This document shows positions 45,651 to 54,735 of a stretch of 64,000 nt of DNA, in pieces. Under the pieces are notes generated by a model. It worked only from the letters and a program-made list of their open reading frames with translations. It was not told the DNA's origin and ran no database searches. The stretch is from positions 560-64,559 of the forward strand of contig CAZMOX010000004.1 of assembly GCA_964567895.1 (NCBI GenBank). The letters are read 5' to 3'. The position numbers and the translations under genes are program-made. This DNA is from an uncultured Spirochaetales bacterium (GTDB lineage: Bacteria; Spirochaetota; Spirochaetia; JABMQR01). Within the stretch, counting starts at the first letter, position 1. Every line of letters begins with the position of its first letter.

Positions 45651-48629
45651 ATGGATTTATTAGAACCGGGTAGTTTTCTTCATGGATTTACAGTTGTTTC
45701 TCAAATAGATTTGCCTGAATATAATGGTACAGGAATAAGGCTGAATCACAAGGCTACAGGACTTGATCTTTTTCATATCCATAATTCTGACCCTGAAAAT
45801 TTCTTTGCATATATTTTTAAGACACCACCAAAAAACAGTAATGGAACAGCTCATATACTTGAACACTCTGTTCTTGCCGGTTCCAGAAAATATCCTGTCA
45901 AAGATCCATTTCTGGAACTGATGAAAGGAAGTGCACAAACTTTCCTAAATGCATTCACCTTTCCTGACAAAACAGTCTATCCTGCTGCATCTCCCATAAA
46001 AAAAGATTTTTTTAATCTATTTGATGTATTTGGTGATGCTGTCTTTTTTCCTTTATTAAAGAAAGAGGTTTTTCAGCAGGAAGGCGTACGGGTTGTTTGC
46101 GGTCCTAAAGGTCAAATCTCATTTGACGGCATTGTCTTTAATGAGATGCGGGGTGTCTATTCCGATCATGACTCAATTATAGCTGAAAAATCATTTAGAT
46201 CCCTGTTTCCTGATACACCCTATGGAATGGATTCGGGTGGTGCTCCTGTTGATATTGTAAATCTTTCATATGAGGAATTCCGCGGATTTCACGCTGAATA
46301 TTACCATCCATCTAATTGCCGGATTTTTATTTATGGGGATATCCCAACTGAGGAACATTTACAGTTTCTTGAAGAAAAATTTCTGCATGAATTTACCGCA
46401 ATAAAGACTGATTCTGCAATTCCCGTTCCCAGACCGTGGAAAAAGCCGGAATCATTCACTTTTAGTGGCCCGGGGATGGAAACAGAGGTTGAGGATCAGA
46501 GAGGATCTGCAGTAATTAACTGGATTGTCGGTTCTTCTACTAATCCTGTTGAGATTATGACACTTGAAGTATTAACAGAGACTCTTTTAGGGAATCCAGG
46601 GGCTCCCCTGTATCAGGCGATTATTGAATCAGGGTTGGGCATGGATATATCTTCGATGAGCGGGATGGAAGCTGATTTTCGGGAAATAGTATTTAGTGTT
46701 GGTATTAAAGGAATAGTTCCGGATGATGTTGCGGAGTTTGAGTGCATCGTTCTGCAGTGTCTGGAGAAACTGGTGAAAGAGGGTATTCCGGAAAAGAGTA
46801 TTTCGTCAGCTGTTAAAAGGATTGAATTCAGCCATCGTGAATTGCGGGGCGGCATACCCACGGGACTAAGAGCAATGTCACGATCACTACGCGGATGGCT
46901 TCATGGAGCTGCCCCGGAAGATACAATGATATTTAATTCAGTTATGGGTCGTATTAAGCAGCATCTTGAAGAGGATGGTTTGTATCTTGAGACTTTTATC
47001 ACAAAACATCTTCTGCAGAACCTGCACCGGTCACTTGTTACCGTTATCCCAAAAAAGGATTATATTAAGCAGCAGAATAGACAAATCCGTAAGGCTTCCC
47101 GTGAAATTGAAGGAAAGATAAAGACGAATAAGAAGAACCTCAAGCCTATTCAGGATGATCAAAAAAGGTTGAAAATATATCATGATCAGGTTGAAACTGA
47201 AGAATCACTCAAATGTATTCCAGGATTGTCAGTTAAGGATATGCCGGAACAGGTAAAAACTATTATCACTCAGAAGTCAATATTGAAGGGGATTTCGGGA
47301 TATCGGCATACTTTTTTCACCAATGGGATTGTCTATATTGATTTTTCATTTAATGTAAGTGGACTAACACATGAAGAGACCATGCTGCTTCCTTTGTTCA
47401 GCAGGTTGATCTATATGACAGGTATTCCCGGATATAGCTATAATGAGGTTTCTCAGCTTCTTGCCGAAAAGACGGGAGGTTTTTATGCATTCCTGGATAC
47501 CGGTACTCCGGTTGATTCAAAGTCTGCATCAAGATATCTGTTTTTTCGGTGTAAAGTGTTGGAGACTGAAGCCGATGCAGCTTTAGAGTTGATCCGTGAT
47601 ATTTTAACCAATGCCGAGCTGTGGGATAAAAAACGTATAAAAGATATTATTCAGGAACAGATTAGTGACTTTTCTTCAGAAATCATTCCTTCAGGTAATG
47701 CTTTTGCGGGTTTAAGAGCATCAAGCAGGATGCGGGAAGTTCCTGCCATAGAAGAGCAGTGGCGTGGAATTGAGCAGCTTATGTATATTCAGTCGCTGCG
47801 TGATATATCAGATGATGAAATAAGGAATATTGGTGATGTTTTGGGGGCTATACGGCAAAAAATTCTTTTGCAGAATCGTCTGATCTACAATTTAACCGCC
47901 GATGACTCTTTTCAGGATTCACTTAACCTGCTGGCCGGAGGATTTTTTAGCGCATTTAAATCCGGAAGTTCTTCAAATGATATTGATATCGATTCTGCAC
48001 AGTCAGAAATTTTAGAACTTAACCCGATTCCATTTGAAACCTTTGTTACATCATCAGATGTTGCATTTAATGCAATAGTACTCCCTGCTCCAAAAGTCTT
48101 TGAATCCGGACAATCTGCATACACCATTCTTTCACATATACTTACCACTAATTTTCTGTGGGAGAAAATCCGGGTGCATGGCGGAGCCTATGGGGCACAT
48201 GCTGAGGTAAGTCTGCTTGAGGGATTATTTACGATATCATCTTACCGTGATCCGCGTATAGCCGGATCCTATAAAGATTTTACTGACTCTCTTCAGAACA
48301 TGGCCAAAGGGGACTTCAGTGCTTCTCTCATTGAGAAATCTATTATTTCCCTGATAAGCAGGGATTTAAAGCCGCTTACTCCCCGTGAGAAAAGTATGCT
48401 TGGATTCCGCAGGAATATGTTTGGTATAACTGATGAACTTCGTCAGAAAAGAAGAGATGAGTTTTTTGCAATGACAAAAGAGACTATATCCGAGGCAGCC
48501 GGGACATTACTTACTGCATATGAATCCGGGGATTCAGCCTCGGTCACCATAGCTGGACAGGAATTGGTTGATGCAAATCTTAAAAAATTTCCAAAGATTT
48601 TAGAAAACATGAAAAAGCTGATAATTTAG
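45651..48629 (+). CDS. M16C-family (PreP/Cym1-like) zinc metallopeptidase
   Basis: Inverzincin motif HILEHSVLAGS, ~990 aa, four M16 half-domains. Confidence 0.85.
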   Translation: MDLLEPGSFLHGFTVVSQIDLPEYNGTGIRLNHKATGLDLFHIHNSDPENFFAYIFKTPPKNSNGTAHILEHSVLAGSRKYPVKDPFLELMKGSAQTFLNAFTFPDKTVYPAASPIKKDFFNLFDVFGDAVFFPLLKKEVFQQEGVRVVCGPKGQISFDGIVFNEMRGVYSDHDSIIAEKSFRSLFPDTPYGMDSGGAPVDIVNLSYEEFRGFHAEYYHPSNCRIFIYGDIPTEEHLQFLEEKFLHEFTAIKTDSAIPVPRPWKKPESFTFSGPGMETEVEDQRGSAVINWIVGSSTNPVEIMTLEVLTETLLGNPGAPLYQAIIESGLGMDISSMSGMEADFREIVFSVGIKGIVPDDVAEFECIVLQCLEKLVKEGIPEKSISSAVKRIEFSHRELRGGIPTGLRAMSRSLRGWLHGAAPEDTMIFNSVMGRIKQHLEEDGLYLETFITKHLLQNLHRSLVTVIPKKDYIKQQNRQIRKASREIEGKIKTNKKNLKPIQDDQKRLKIYHDQVETEESLKCIPGLSVKDMPEQVKTIITQKSILKGISGYRHTFFTNGIVYIDFSFNVSGLTHEETMLLPLFSRLIYMTGIPGYSYNEVSQLLAEKTGGFYAFLDTGTPVDSKSASRYLFFRCKVLETEADAALELIRDILTNAELWDKKRIKDIIQEQISDFSSEIIPSGNAFAGLRASSRMREVPAIEEQWRGIEQLMYIQSLRDISDDEIRNIGDVLGAIRQKILLQNRLIYNLTADDSFQDSLNLLAGGFFSAFKSGSSSNDIDIDSAQSEILELNPIPFETFVTSSDVAFNAIVLPAPKVFESGQSAYTILSHILTTNFLWEKIRVHGGAYGAHAEVSLLEGLFTISSYRDPRIAGSYKDFTDSLQNMAKGDFSASLIEKSIISLISRDLKPLTPREKSMLGFRRNMFGITDELRQKRRDEFFAMTKETISEAAGTLLTAYESGDSASVTIAGQELVDANLKKFPKILENMKKLII

Positions 48630-48697
48630 TAGACTGGCAGTACTCGTAGTCCGACAGACTCCTAGGTTAAAGGGATGTTTTTGGATATAATATCAAC

Positions 48698-49576
48698 ATG
48701 AAAAAAACGATAGGTTTCAGTAAAATAGAGCAGTCTGTCTATAATACCGTATTAAAAGCTGGAGTTATTTTACCCGGCGATGTAAAAGACTCTTTACAAA
48801 AAGCGGTTGCAGATGAGGCGAAACACGAATTAACGGTAAAATCCAGAGGCTCTGCCGTTATAAGTAAAATTCTGGAAAATCTTGATGCTGCCGAAAGTAT
48901 GAATATACCTATGTGTCAGGATACTGGTATGGTAATAGTATTTGCCGATATCGGTACGGAAGCTCCCGTAGCATTATCAGATATTGACAAGGCAATAAAT
49001 GCGGGCATTGAATCGGCGTTCCTGGATGGATTTTTTCGTAAATCTATAGTATTGGATCCTGTTTTTGATAGGAAAAATACCGGAAATAATCTCCCTGCAG
49101 TCATCTATCACCAGCTTGTTCCGGGGTATCAACTTACACTGCAGATCATGCTTAAAGGGTTTGGAAGCGAAAACTGCAGCGGGCTTGCCATGCTGAATCC
49201 AACTGCTGGTGTAAAGGGAGTGCTTGATGCTGTCGCAAAAATCGTCTCAGATGCAGGCGGGAAACCCTGTCCGCCGATAATTGTCGGTATTGGGATAGGG
49301 GGAACTGCAGACCGTGCAATGCATCTCTCAAAGAGGGCACTTTTTCGGGATGTCCAGGATGAACATCCTGAAAGTGATTATGCAGATCTGGAAAGACTGA
49401 TTCTCGACCGGCTGAATGGGCTGAATATCGGACCTGGCGGGTTGGGCGGGATAACAACTGCCATGGCAGTGAAGATCGAGGCTGAATCGACGCATATAGC
49501 AGGGATGCCTGTCGGGGTGAGTATCAGCTGCTGGGCTGATAGAAAGTATAAGATTATCTTGGGGGAACCTGTATGA
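48698..49576 (+). CDS. Fe-S hydro-lyase, class I fumarate hydratase / L(+)-tartrate dehydratase alpha-type subunit
   Basis: CQDTGMVIVF and the downstream cysteine pattern of the FumA N-domain/TtdA family. Confidence 0.8.
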   Translation: MKKTIGFSKIEQSVYNTVLKAGVILPGDVKDSLQKAVADEAKHELTVKSRGSAVISKILENLDAAESMNIPMCQDTGMVIVFADIGTEAPVALSDIDKAINAGIESAFLDGFFRKSIVLDPVFDRKNTGNNLPAVIYHQLVPGYQLTLQIMLKGFGSENCSGLAMLNPTAGVKGVLDAVAKIVSDAGGKPCPPIIVGIGIGGTADRAMHLSKRALFRDVQDEHPESDYADLERLILDRLNGLNIGPGGLGGITTAMAVKIEAESTHIAGMPVGVSISCWADRKYKIILGEPV

Positions 49577-50103
49577 GTGATACTATTCGTTCATTTCAGC
49601 TGCCAATATCAAAGGATACTGCTTCAGAGCTCAATGCCGGAGAGGAGATACTGCTTTCAGGAACTATGCTGGTCGGTCGTGATCAGGTACATGAACAGTT
49701 TCAGAAGCTTCTCAATGCAGGGAAGCCTCTGCCTGTTTCGCTGGAGGGTGAGACAATATTCTATATGGGACCGGCGCCTGCACCAGAGGGAGCGGTAATT
49801 GGATCCTGCGGTCCGACAACTTCATCCAGGATGGATCCCTTTACTCCTGATCTGCTTGATGCAGGTCTTGTCGGCATGATCGGAAAGGGTCCCAGAAATT
49901 CGGCTGTGAAGGAAGCTGTCAAAAGAAATGGAGCAGTCTATTTTTATGCTTTCGGCGGCTGCGGGGCTCTCTATGCACAAAAAGTTGAATCAATAGAATG
50001 TATCGCATTTCAGGAATTTGGCCCGGAATCCCTCTATCGGATCACAGTCAAAGATTTTCCGGTGATTGTAGCTATGGATATCAGCGGGAATACAATTTTG
50101 TGA
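49573..50103 (+). CDS. Fe-S hydro-lyase beta-type subunit (FumA C-domain/TtdB-like)
   Basis: GPAPAPEGAVIGSCGPTTSSRMD...GMIGKGPR motif. Translationally coupled to the alpha subunit (ATGA overlap). Confidence 0.8.
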   Translation: MSDTIRSFQLPISKDTASELNAGEEILLSGTMLVGRDQVHEQFQKLLNAGKPLPVSLEGETIFYMGPAPAPEGAVIGSCGPTTSSRMDPFTPDLLDAGLVGMIGKGPRNSAVKEAVKRNGAVYFYAFGGCGALYAQKVESIECIAFQEFGPESLYRITVKDFPVIVAMDISGNTIL

Positions 50104-50227
50104 CTATCAAATAATCAAATAATCATGCAAGAATGAAATTTACGTCCTAACGGGAGTGTGCTACACTGATGTATGTAAATGAATAGGGTTTTGATTTCTA
50201 TTTAAAGTATAATTAGGTTAAAGACAG

Positions 50228-51070
50228 ATGTTTACACAAACAGTTCCTGAAAATACCAGATTTTATATTCTCCGGAATTCAAGACTTCTGGAACGTCAAA
50301 TGTATTCGGTACTATTTGAGGGGACTCCGGTAGAAATGGCTATAAAGGCAATTTCTGCTTATCAAAATCTTGACGGAGGTTTTGGGAACGGGATTGAACC
50401 CGATCTTCTGACCCCGGTAAGTACCGGTATCGGTATGGAAACTGCTTTTTATTACCTGGATATGCTGACCAATAAAATGCATTGTATCGATCAAGTCAAA
50501 CCTCTGCTGCAGAAGGCTAGAGAATGGGTTGAACATACTATAACTGAGAGCGGAATTATCCCTTTTACTCCGGAGGATGTTCAAACGTATCCACATCAGG
50601 TATGGTGGCTCAACTCTGATGAAACACGAATTTTATCTCTGGCCGGATATTTGGCAAAATTCAATATGCCTCTTCGTCAACGTGCGAAGAAAATCGTGGC
50701 AAACTTTGCTGACACTCTTGCTATTCCGGAAGTTCTCACAGAATACAACTATCCCCTTTTTGTCTATGCAGTAGATGAGACGTCTTTCAGCCGCTGGGAT
50801 CAGGTTCTTGATGTTCTCCAGCAGAAACTGACTGAGCATATATATGAGGAGAGAGAAACCTATTTCTTATTAACCCGCTACTGGTACCATTTTATTGATA
50901 TGATGCCTGAGGAACTCGTAGACAGACAAATAGAACGCTATTTTGAATCTATAGAGGAAGATGGAGGTTTGCCGAATCCCTACCCTGAACTTCCCTGGTG
51001 GAGGCCGATATTCACTCTGGATTATCTCTTGATTCTCAATAGGATGGATCTTCTTGATCGGTTAAAATGA
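50228..51070 (+). CDS. Hypothetical protein with prenyltransferase/terpenoid-cyclase-like alpha-alpha-toroid repeat motif
   Basis: AISAYQNLDGGFGNG resembles the QxxDGGWG repeats of the prenyltransferase/squalene-cyclase superfamily. 280 aa, otherwise unassigned. Confidence 0.35.
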   Translation: MFTQTVPENTRFYILRNSRLLERQMYSVLFEGTPVEMAIKAISAYQNLDGGFGNGIEPDLLTPVSTGIGMETAFYYLDMLTNKMHCIDQVKPLLQKAREWVEHTITESGIIPFTPEDVQTYPHQVWWLNSDETRILSLAGYLAKFNMPLRQRAKKIVANFADTLAIPEVLTEYNYPLFVYAVDETSFSRWDQVLDVLQQKLTEHIYEERETYFLLTRYWYHFIDMMPEELVDRQIERYFESIEEDGGLPNPYPELPWWRPIFTLDYLLILNRMDLLDRLK

Positions 51071-52942
51071 GTGTCCCGAATGTATAACGAAACAATTTTT
51101 CCCCTGTTCTTTTGCTCTGAGCAGGGCGGTATCGGCATATTGGATTAAACGGTCAATATTTATAAACCCGTTCTCATGAACCGCAATTCCAATTGAGCAG
51201 GTAAGCTGTCGTTCGCGGGATATTACTACCTTATGGTTAACCATATCGCTCAGCATCGAAGTTGCCGAAGCATTAAAAGAATCGAGAATATTCAGAATCC
51301 TTTGAGAAAAATTTGCTGCACCTGCTGTATCTGTTTTAGGCAAAAATATCACAAATTCATCTCCACCCATACGAAAAATAGTATCAGATTTTCTGCTTAG
51401 CTCTGATAGTACCTCAGCAAAAATTTTCAGGATCTTATCCCCGGCTTCGTGGGAAAAAGTATCATTATAATACTTAAAATTGTCCAGATCCAAGTAGAGT
51501 AGGGAAAAATAGGTTGAGTTTGTCGTATAGTAGCGGTTGTATTTTGCTGTCTCTTCTTCTGATCTTCGCTGAAGTTCCGTTCTGTTCCAAAGATTTGTTA
51601 ACTCATCTTTTGTGGCCATTAGCAGCAGCTTGCTATTTAGCTCACTGAGCTGCCGGGTTCGTGCAAGTACCTTATTTTCCAAATCTTTTGTTGTCTCGGA
51701 TGCGATTTTTAATGCATGCAGAAACTTGTAAGAAAACTCATTTGAGTGCGTGATGATAAAAAATGTTAATCCGAATGCACTTAATTCGGCAGCAAAAAGA
51801 TTTGTTGTACCGGTAAAATAGTAGATAATATCATTAAAAACAGCCAATGCCAGAATAAATCCGCCCAAAAGAATAATTCCTGATGTCTGTTCCTTTTTAA
51901 ACCAGGAAAAGAACAATGCAGTAAGCCAGTAAACAGCAAATATTACCATCAATATATTAAAGGAGAGGAGGCCATGATTATAGATGCGAATAGGGAAAAT
52001 AATTATAGCCAGAGAGTAGGCAGAAGAGATTCCAATAAATATTTTTTCAGCTATGGTATGGATCAGGTTGGGAAATGCATGTTTACTATAAAGAAGGAAC
52101 ATGCAGAAAGTTAACGATATAGATAGATATTCAAGTTTCAGCTGCAGCCAAGTGGGAATAGTGGGAAAATAGAAGGTTAATATCGTGTTCACCGTTATAG
52201 TTCTTAAAGAAATTAAAATACAGAGAACAGAAAAGTAGAGGATACTTCTATCTTTATTGTTTTCACTGTAGAAAAAGATCATGAAGAGTGCAGTCATACA
52301 GAGAATTCCCACCAAGAATAGGGACGTGCTGTGTGAAACGATCATTATCCGGTTTATTTCAGCGGGTAGGCCAAAAATAGGAGCTTTTCCGAAACCGCTG
52401 AAAGGGTGGGTAAAATTGCTGATAGTAAACACAATATCAGCTTGCGGTTCAGGGCAGTAAAAAGTAATAATCCTATCTGAAAAACGTGGGTAGTGGGTTT
52501 CTTTACTAATTCCAAAAGTTCCGGCTTTAGCAACCTGAATACCATCCACATACATGGTGTATGCAGTATAGACATTATCAACGGCAATACTGTAGTAGCC
52601 CGGTTCCGGCAGGATCAATTGAATCTGGTAGGCAGCATACCCGAAAGATTTAAATTTTTCTCCCTCATCATTGAGAGAGAGGGTTGTCCAGTTTGAGGGG
52701 ACTTGTATGTAAAGCGGTTCAGTTGAAGTGTTCCATTGGCCAAAATCGGTCAACTGATCAGGGTAAATTTCCCATTCTCCCTTCAACAGCGTAGGTGATA
52801 TTGATGTATATGAATATTCTGAAAAATCGATTATACCCTTCTCTGCAGATTTTACATTGAGATTCAGTCCAAAATTAAATACAACACTAAAAACAGTTAC
52901 CGCAAGTAGTATAAAACCCAGAAAAAGTACAATTTTTCTCAT
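51062..52942 (-). CDS. Diguanylate cyclase (GGDEF) with 7TMR-DISM extracellular and 7TM sensor domains
   Basis: Signal/TM, then a ~180-aa periplasmic beta-rich domain and seven TM segments. C-terminal GGDEF domain with intact RMGGDEFVIF and the upstream RxxD-like context. Confidence 0.8.
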   Translation of the reverse strand: MRKIVLFLGFILLAVTVFSVVFNFGLNLNVKSAEKGIIDFSEYSYTSISPTLLKGEWEIYPDQLTDFGQWNTSTEPLYIQVPSNWTTLSLNDEGEKFKSFGYAAYQIQLILPEPGYYSIAVDNVYTAYTMYVDGIQVAKAGTFGISKETHYPRFSDRIITFYCPEPQADIVFTISNFTHPFSGFGKAPIFGLPAEINRIMIVSHSTSLFLVGILCMTALFMIFFYSENNKDRSILYFSVLCILISLRTITVNTILTFYFPTIPTWLQLKLEYLSISLTFCMFLLYSKHAFPNLIHTIAEKIFIGISSAYSLAIIIFPIRIYNHGLLSFNILMVIFAVYWLTALFFSWFKKEQTSGIILLGGFILALAVFNDIIYYFTGTTNLFAAELSAFGLTFFIITHSNEFSYKFLHALKIASETTKDLENKVLARTRQLSELNSKLLLMATKDELTNLWNRTELQRRSEEETAKYNRYYTTNSTYFSLLYLDLDNFKYYNDTFSHEAGDKILKIFAEVLSELSRKSDTIFRMGGDEFVIFLPKTDTAGAANFSQRILNILDSFNASATSMLSDMVNHKVVISRERQLTCSIGIAVHENGFINIDRLIQYADTALLRAKEQGKNCFVIHSGHSF

Positions 52943-53107
52943 GCTGCATTATAATACCCAATATGTGAGAGTTCAATAGTTATTCTGAGAATATGTTATT
53001 CTGAGAATATTAACCGATAGATAAAGAGAGACTCTTTGCTTTTTTTGTTCTCTTTGATACAGTACAGAAGTTGTACTAAAAAAGTTTGCACAAGGAAGGT
53101 ATTTATC

Positions 53108-53845
53108 ATGAAAAAAGGTATGTTAACAGCAGTTATCATTATCACAATACTGTTGGTTTTATTTATAGGCTGCTCAACTAAAGATACGGTTGAGGAAGCT
53201 GTCACGCCGGATGCTCTTGCAGCACCGGAATCATTGATTGAGCGTGTGAGTTATTCTCTTGGTTATTTAATGTCTGACAGCTATAAGAGTCAGGGGGTTG
53301 ATCTTGATTCCCGTTATTTTGCATTGGCAATGGAAGCCGTTTATGGAGAAGCGGAGGCACTATATACTGCAGAAGAGATGGATCAGATAATGATGGAGTA
53401 TCAGGAAGTTCTTACGGCAGAGCAGGCTGAACTGACTGCTGCATCTGCGGGTGCAAATCTTGAAAAGGCTGAAACTTTTCTTGCAGAGAACAAGGATAGA
53501 GATGGAATTATAACTACTGCAAGCGGTTTGCAATATGAGGTTATTGTAGAGGGTGAAGGGGTCAAACCAACAGCTGAAGATGAAGTTACTGTTCATTACA
53601 GTGGAACTCTTCTTACTGGAATAGTATTTGACAGCTCCTACCAAAGAGGAACACCGGCTACTTTCCCGCTTAATGAAGTAATCTCTGGATGGACTGAAGG
53701 TGTTCAGTTGATGAATGTAGGAAGCAGTTACCGTTTCTATATTCACCCGGATCTGGGTTATGGTGAAATAGGCGCCGGAGACATGATCGGCCCGAACGAA
53801 CTATTGATTTTTGATGTTGAACTTATTTCAATAACCGGAAAATAA
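53108..53845 (+). CDS. fkpA: FKBP-type peptidyl-prolyl cis-trans isomerase lipoprotein (FkpA-like)
   Basis: Lipobox LFIGCST after the signal peptide. N-terminal dimerisation helix domain plus a C-terminal FKBP domain (VTVHYSGTLLTGIVFDSSYQRGTPATFPLNEVISGW). Confidence 0.8.
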   Translation: MKKGMLTAVIIITILLVLFIGCSTKDTVEEAVTPDALAAPESLIERVSYSLGYLMSDSYKSQGVDLDSRYFALAMEAVYGEAEALYTAEEMDQIMMEYQEVLTAEQAELTAASAGANLEKAETFLAENKDRDGIITTASGLQYEVIVEGEGVKPTAEDEVTVHYSGTLLTGIVFDSSYQRGTPATFPLNEVISGWTEGVQLMNVGSSYRFYIHPDLGYGEIGAGDMIGPNELLIFDVELISITGK

Positions 53846-53883
53846 CTGTTTGTTATGGAATATTTGGTTCTCAGGAGGCTTTT

Positions 53884-54618
53884 ATGTTTCCAGATCAATA
53901 TAAAACCTATTTTCGACAACTTATTTATCCCGGTTGGGGTGTTGAGGTACAGGAAAAAGTTGAACAGGCTACTGTTCTTCTTGCAGGTGCCGGTGGACTA
54001 GCTGGTTCCGCAGCTCTGTATCTTGCAGCAGCCGGGATTGGAAAGCTTATTCTCTGCGATCATGATGTTGTTGAGGAGACTAATCTCAATAGACAAATTC
54101 TGCACACTGAATCAAATCTTGGAAAACTCAAAGTTGATTCTGCAAAAGAGATGATATCGCAGCTGAATCCACGGGTAGCGGTGACCGCTTTACCTATAAG
54201 GCTAACAGATGAAACAATATCGGAAGCTGCGGCTGGAGCAGATATCATAGTGGATTGTCTTGATTCCATTGAGTCAAGATTTGTCCTTAATCGGTATTGT
54301 GTTTCCCGGAAAATCCCCATGGTTCACGCCGGTATGTACGGGATGAGTGGACAGATAACTGTATTCTATCCTGATACATATCCCTGTTTAGCTTGTTTGA
54401 TTTCGGAAAAGGCAGACTCCAAAGGACCAATTCCGGTAGTTGGTGCTGCCGTTGGGATACTCTCATCAATGCAGGCTCTTGAAGTATTGAAATTGATTAC
54501 CGGCATTGGAGAACCTCTGTTAGGCAGAATGCTGCTGTTTAATGGGTTAAAATCTGAGTTTGATGAGATCCGGATTTCCCGTGACCCCGATTGCCTTGTA
54601 TGCAGGGATATTGAGTAA
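53884..54618 (+). CDS. ThiF/MoeB/HesA-family E1-like adenylyltransferase
   Basis: Nucleotide-binding LLAGAGGLAGSAALYLAAAGIG, DHDVVEETNLNRQ, and CxxC pairs near the C-terminus. Confidence 0.8.
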   Translation: MFPDQYKTYFRQLIYPGWGVEVQEKVEQATVLLAGAGGLAGSAALYLAAAGIGKLILCDHDVVEETNLNRQILHTESNLGKLKVDSAKEMISQLNPRVAVTALPIRLTDETISEAAAGADIIVDCLDSIESRFVLNRYCVSRKIPMVHAGMYGMSGQITVFYPDTYPCLACLISEKADSKGPIPVVGAAVGILSSMQALEVLKLITGIGEPLLGRMLLFNGLKSEFDEIRISRDPDCLVCRDIE

Positions 54619-54634
54619 TACCTCAGCCTATATC

Positions 54635-54690
54635 TGAATAATTGAAGTTTTGAAAAAACTTCTGAATAATTGAAGTTTTGAAAAAACTTC
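54635..54690. repeat. Two tandem copies of a 28-bp unit, each forming a GAAGTTTT/AAAACTTC hairpin (second copy extends to a 12-bp AATTGAAGTTTT stem); probable terminator/regulatory element
   Basis: Copy 1 is 54635-54662 and copy 2 is 54663-54690, both tgaataattgaagttttgaaaaaacttc. They sit in the intergenic region between the thiF-like gene and tex. Confidence 0.6.
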
Positions 54691-54735
54691 AATTATAGGT
54701 TCCTTCAAAAATGATTTCATGCTACGGTTCTTACT

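Noticed and set aside
54635-54690. Possible CRISPR array
   Set aside because: There are only two identical 28-bp units, directly abutting with no spacers and no cas genes nearby. It is a tandem hairpin duplication, not a CRISPR.
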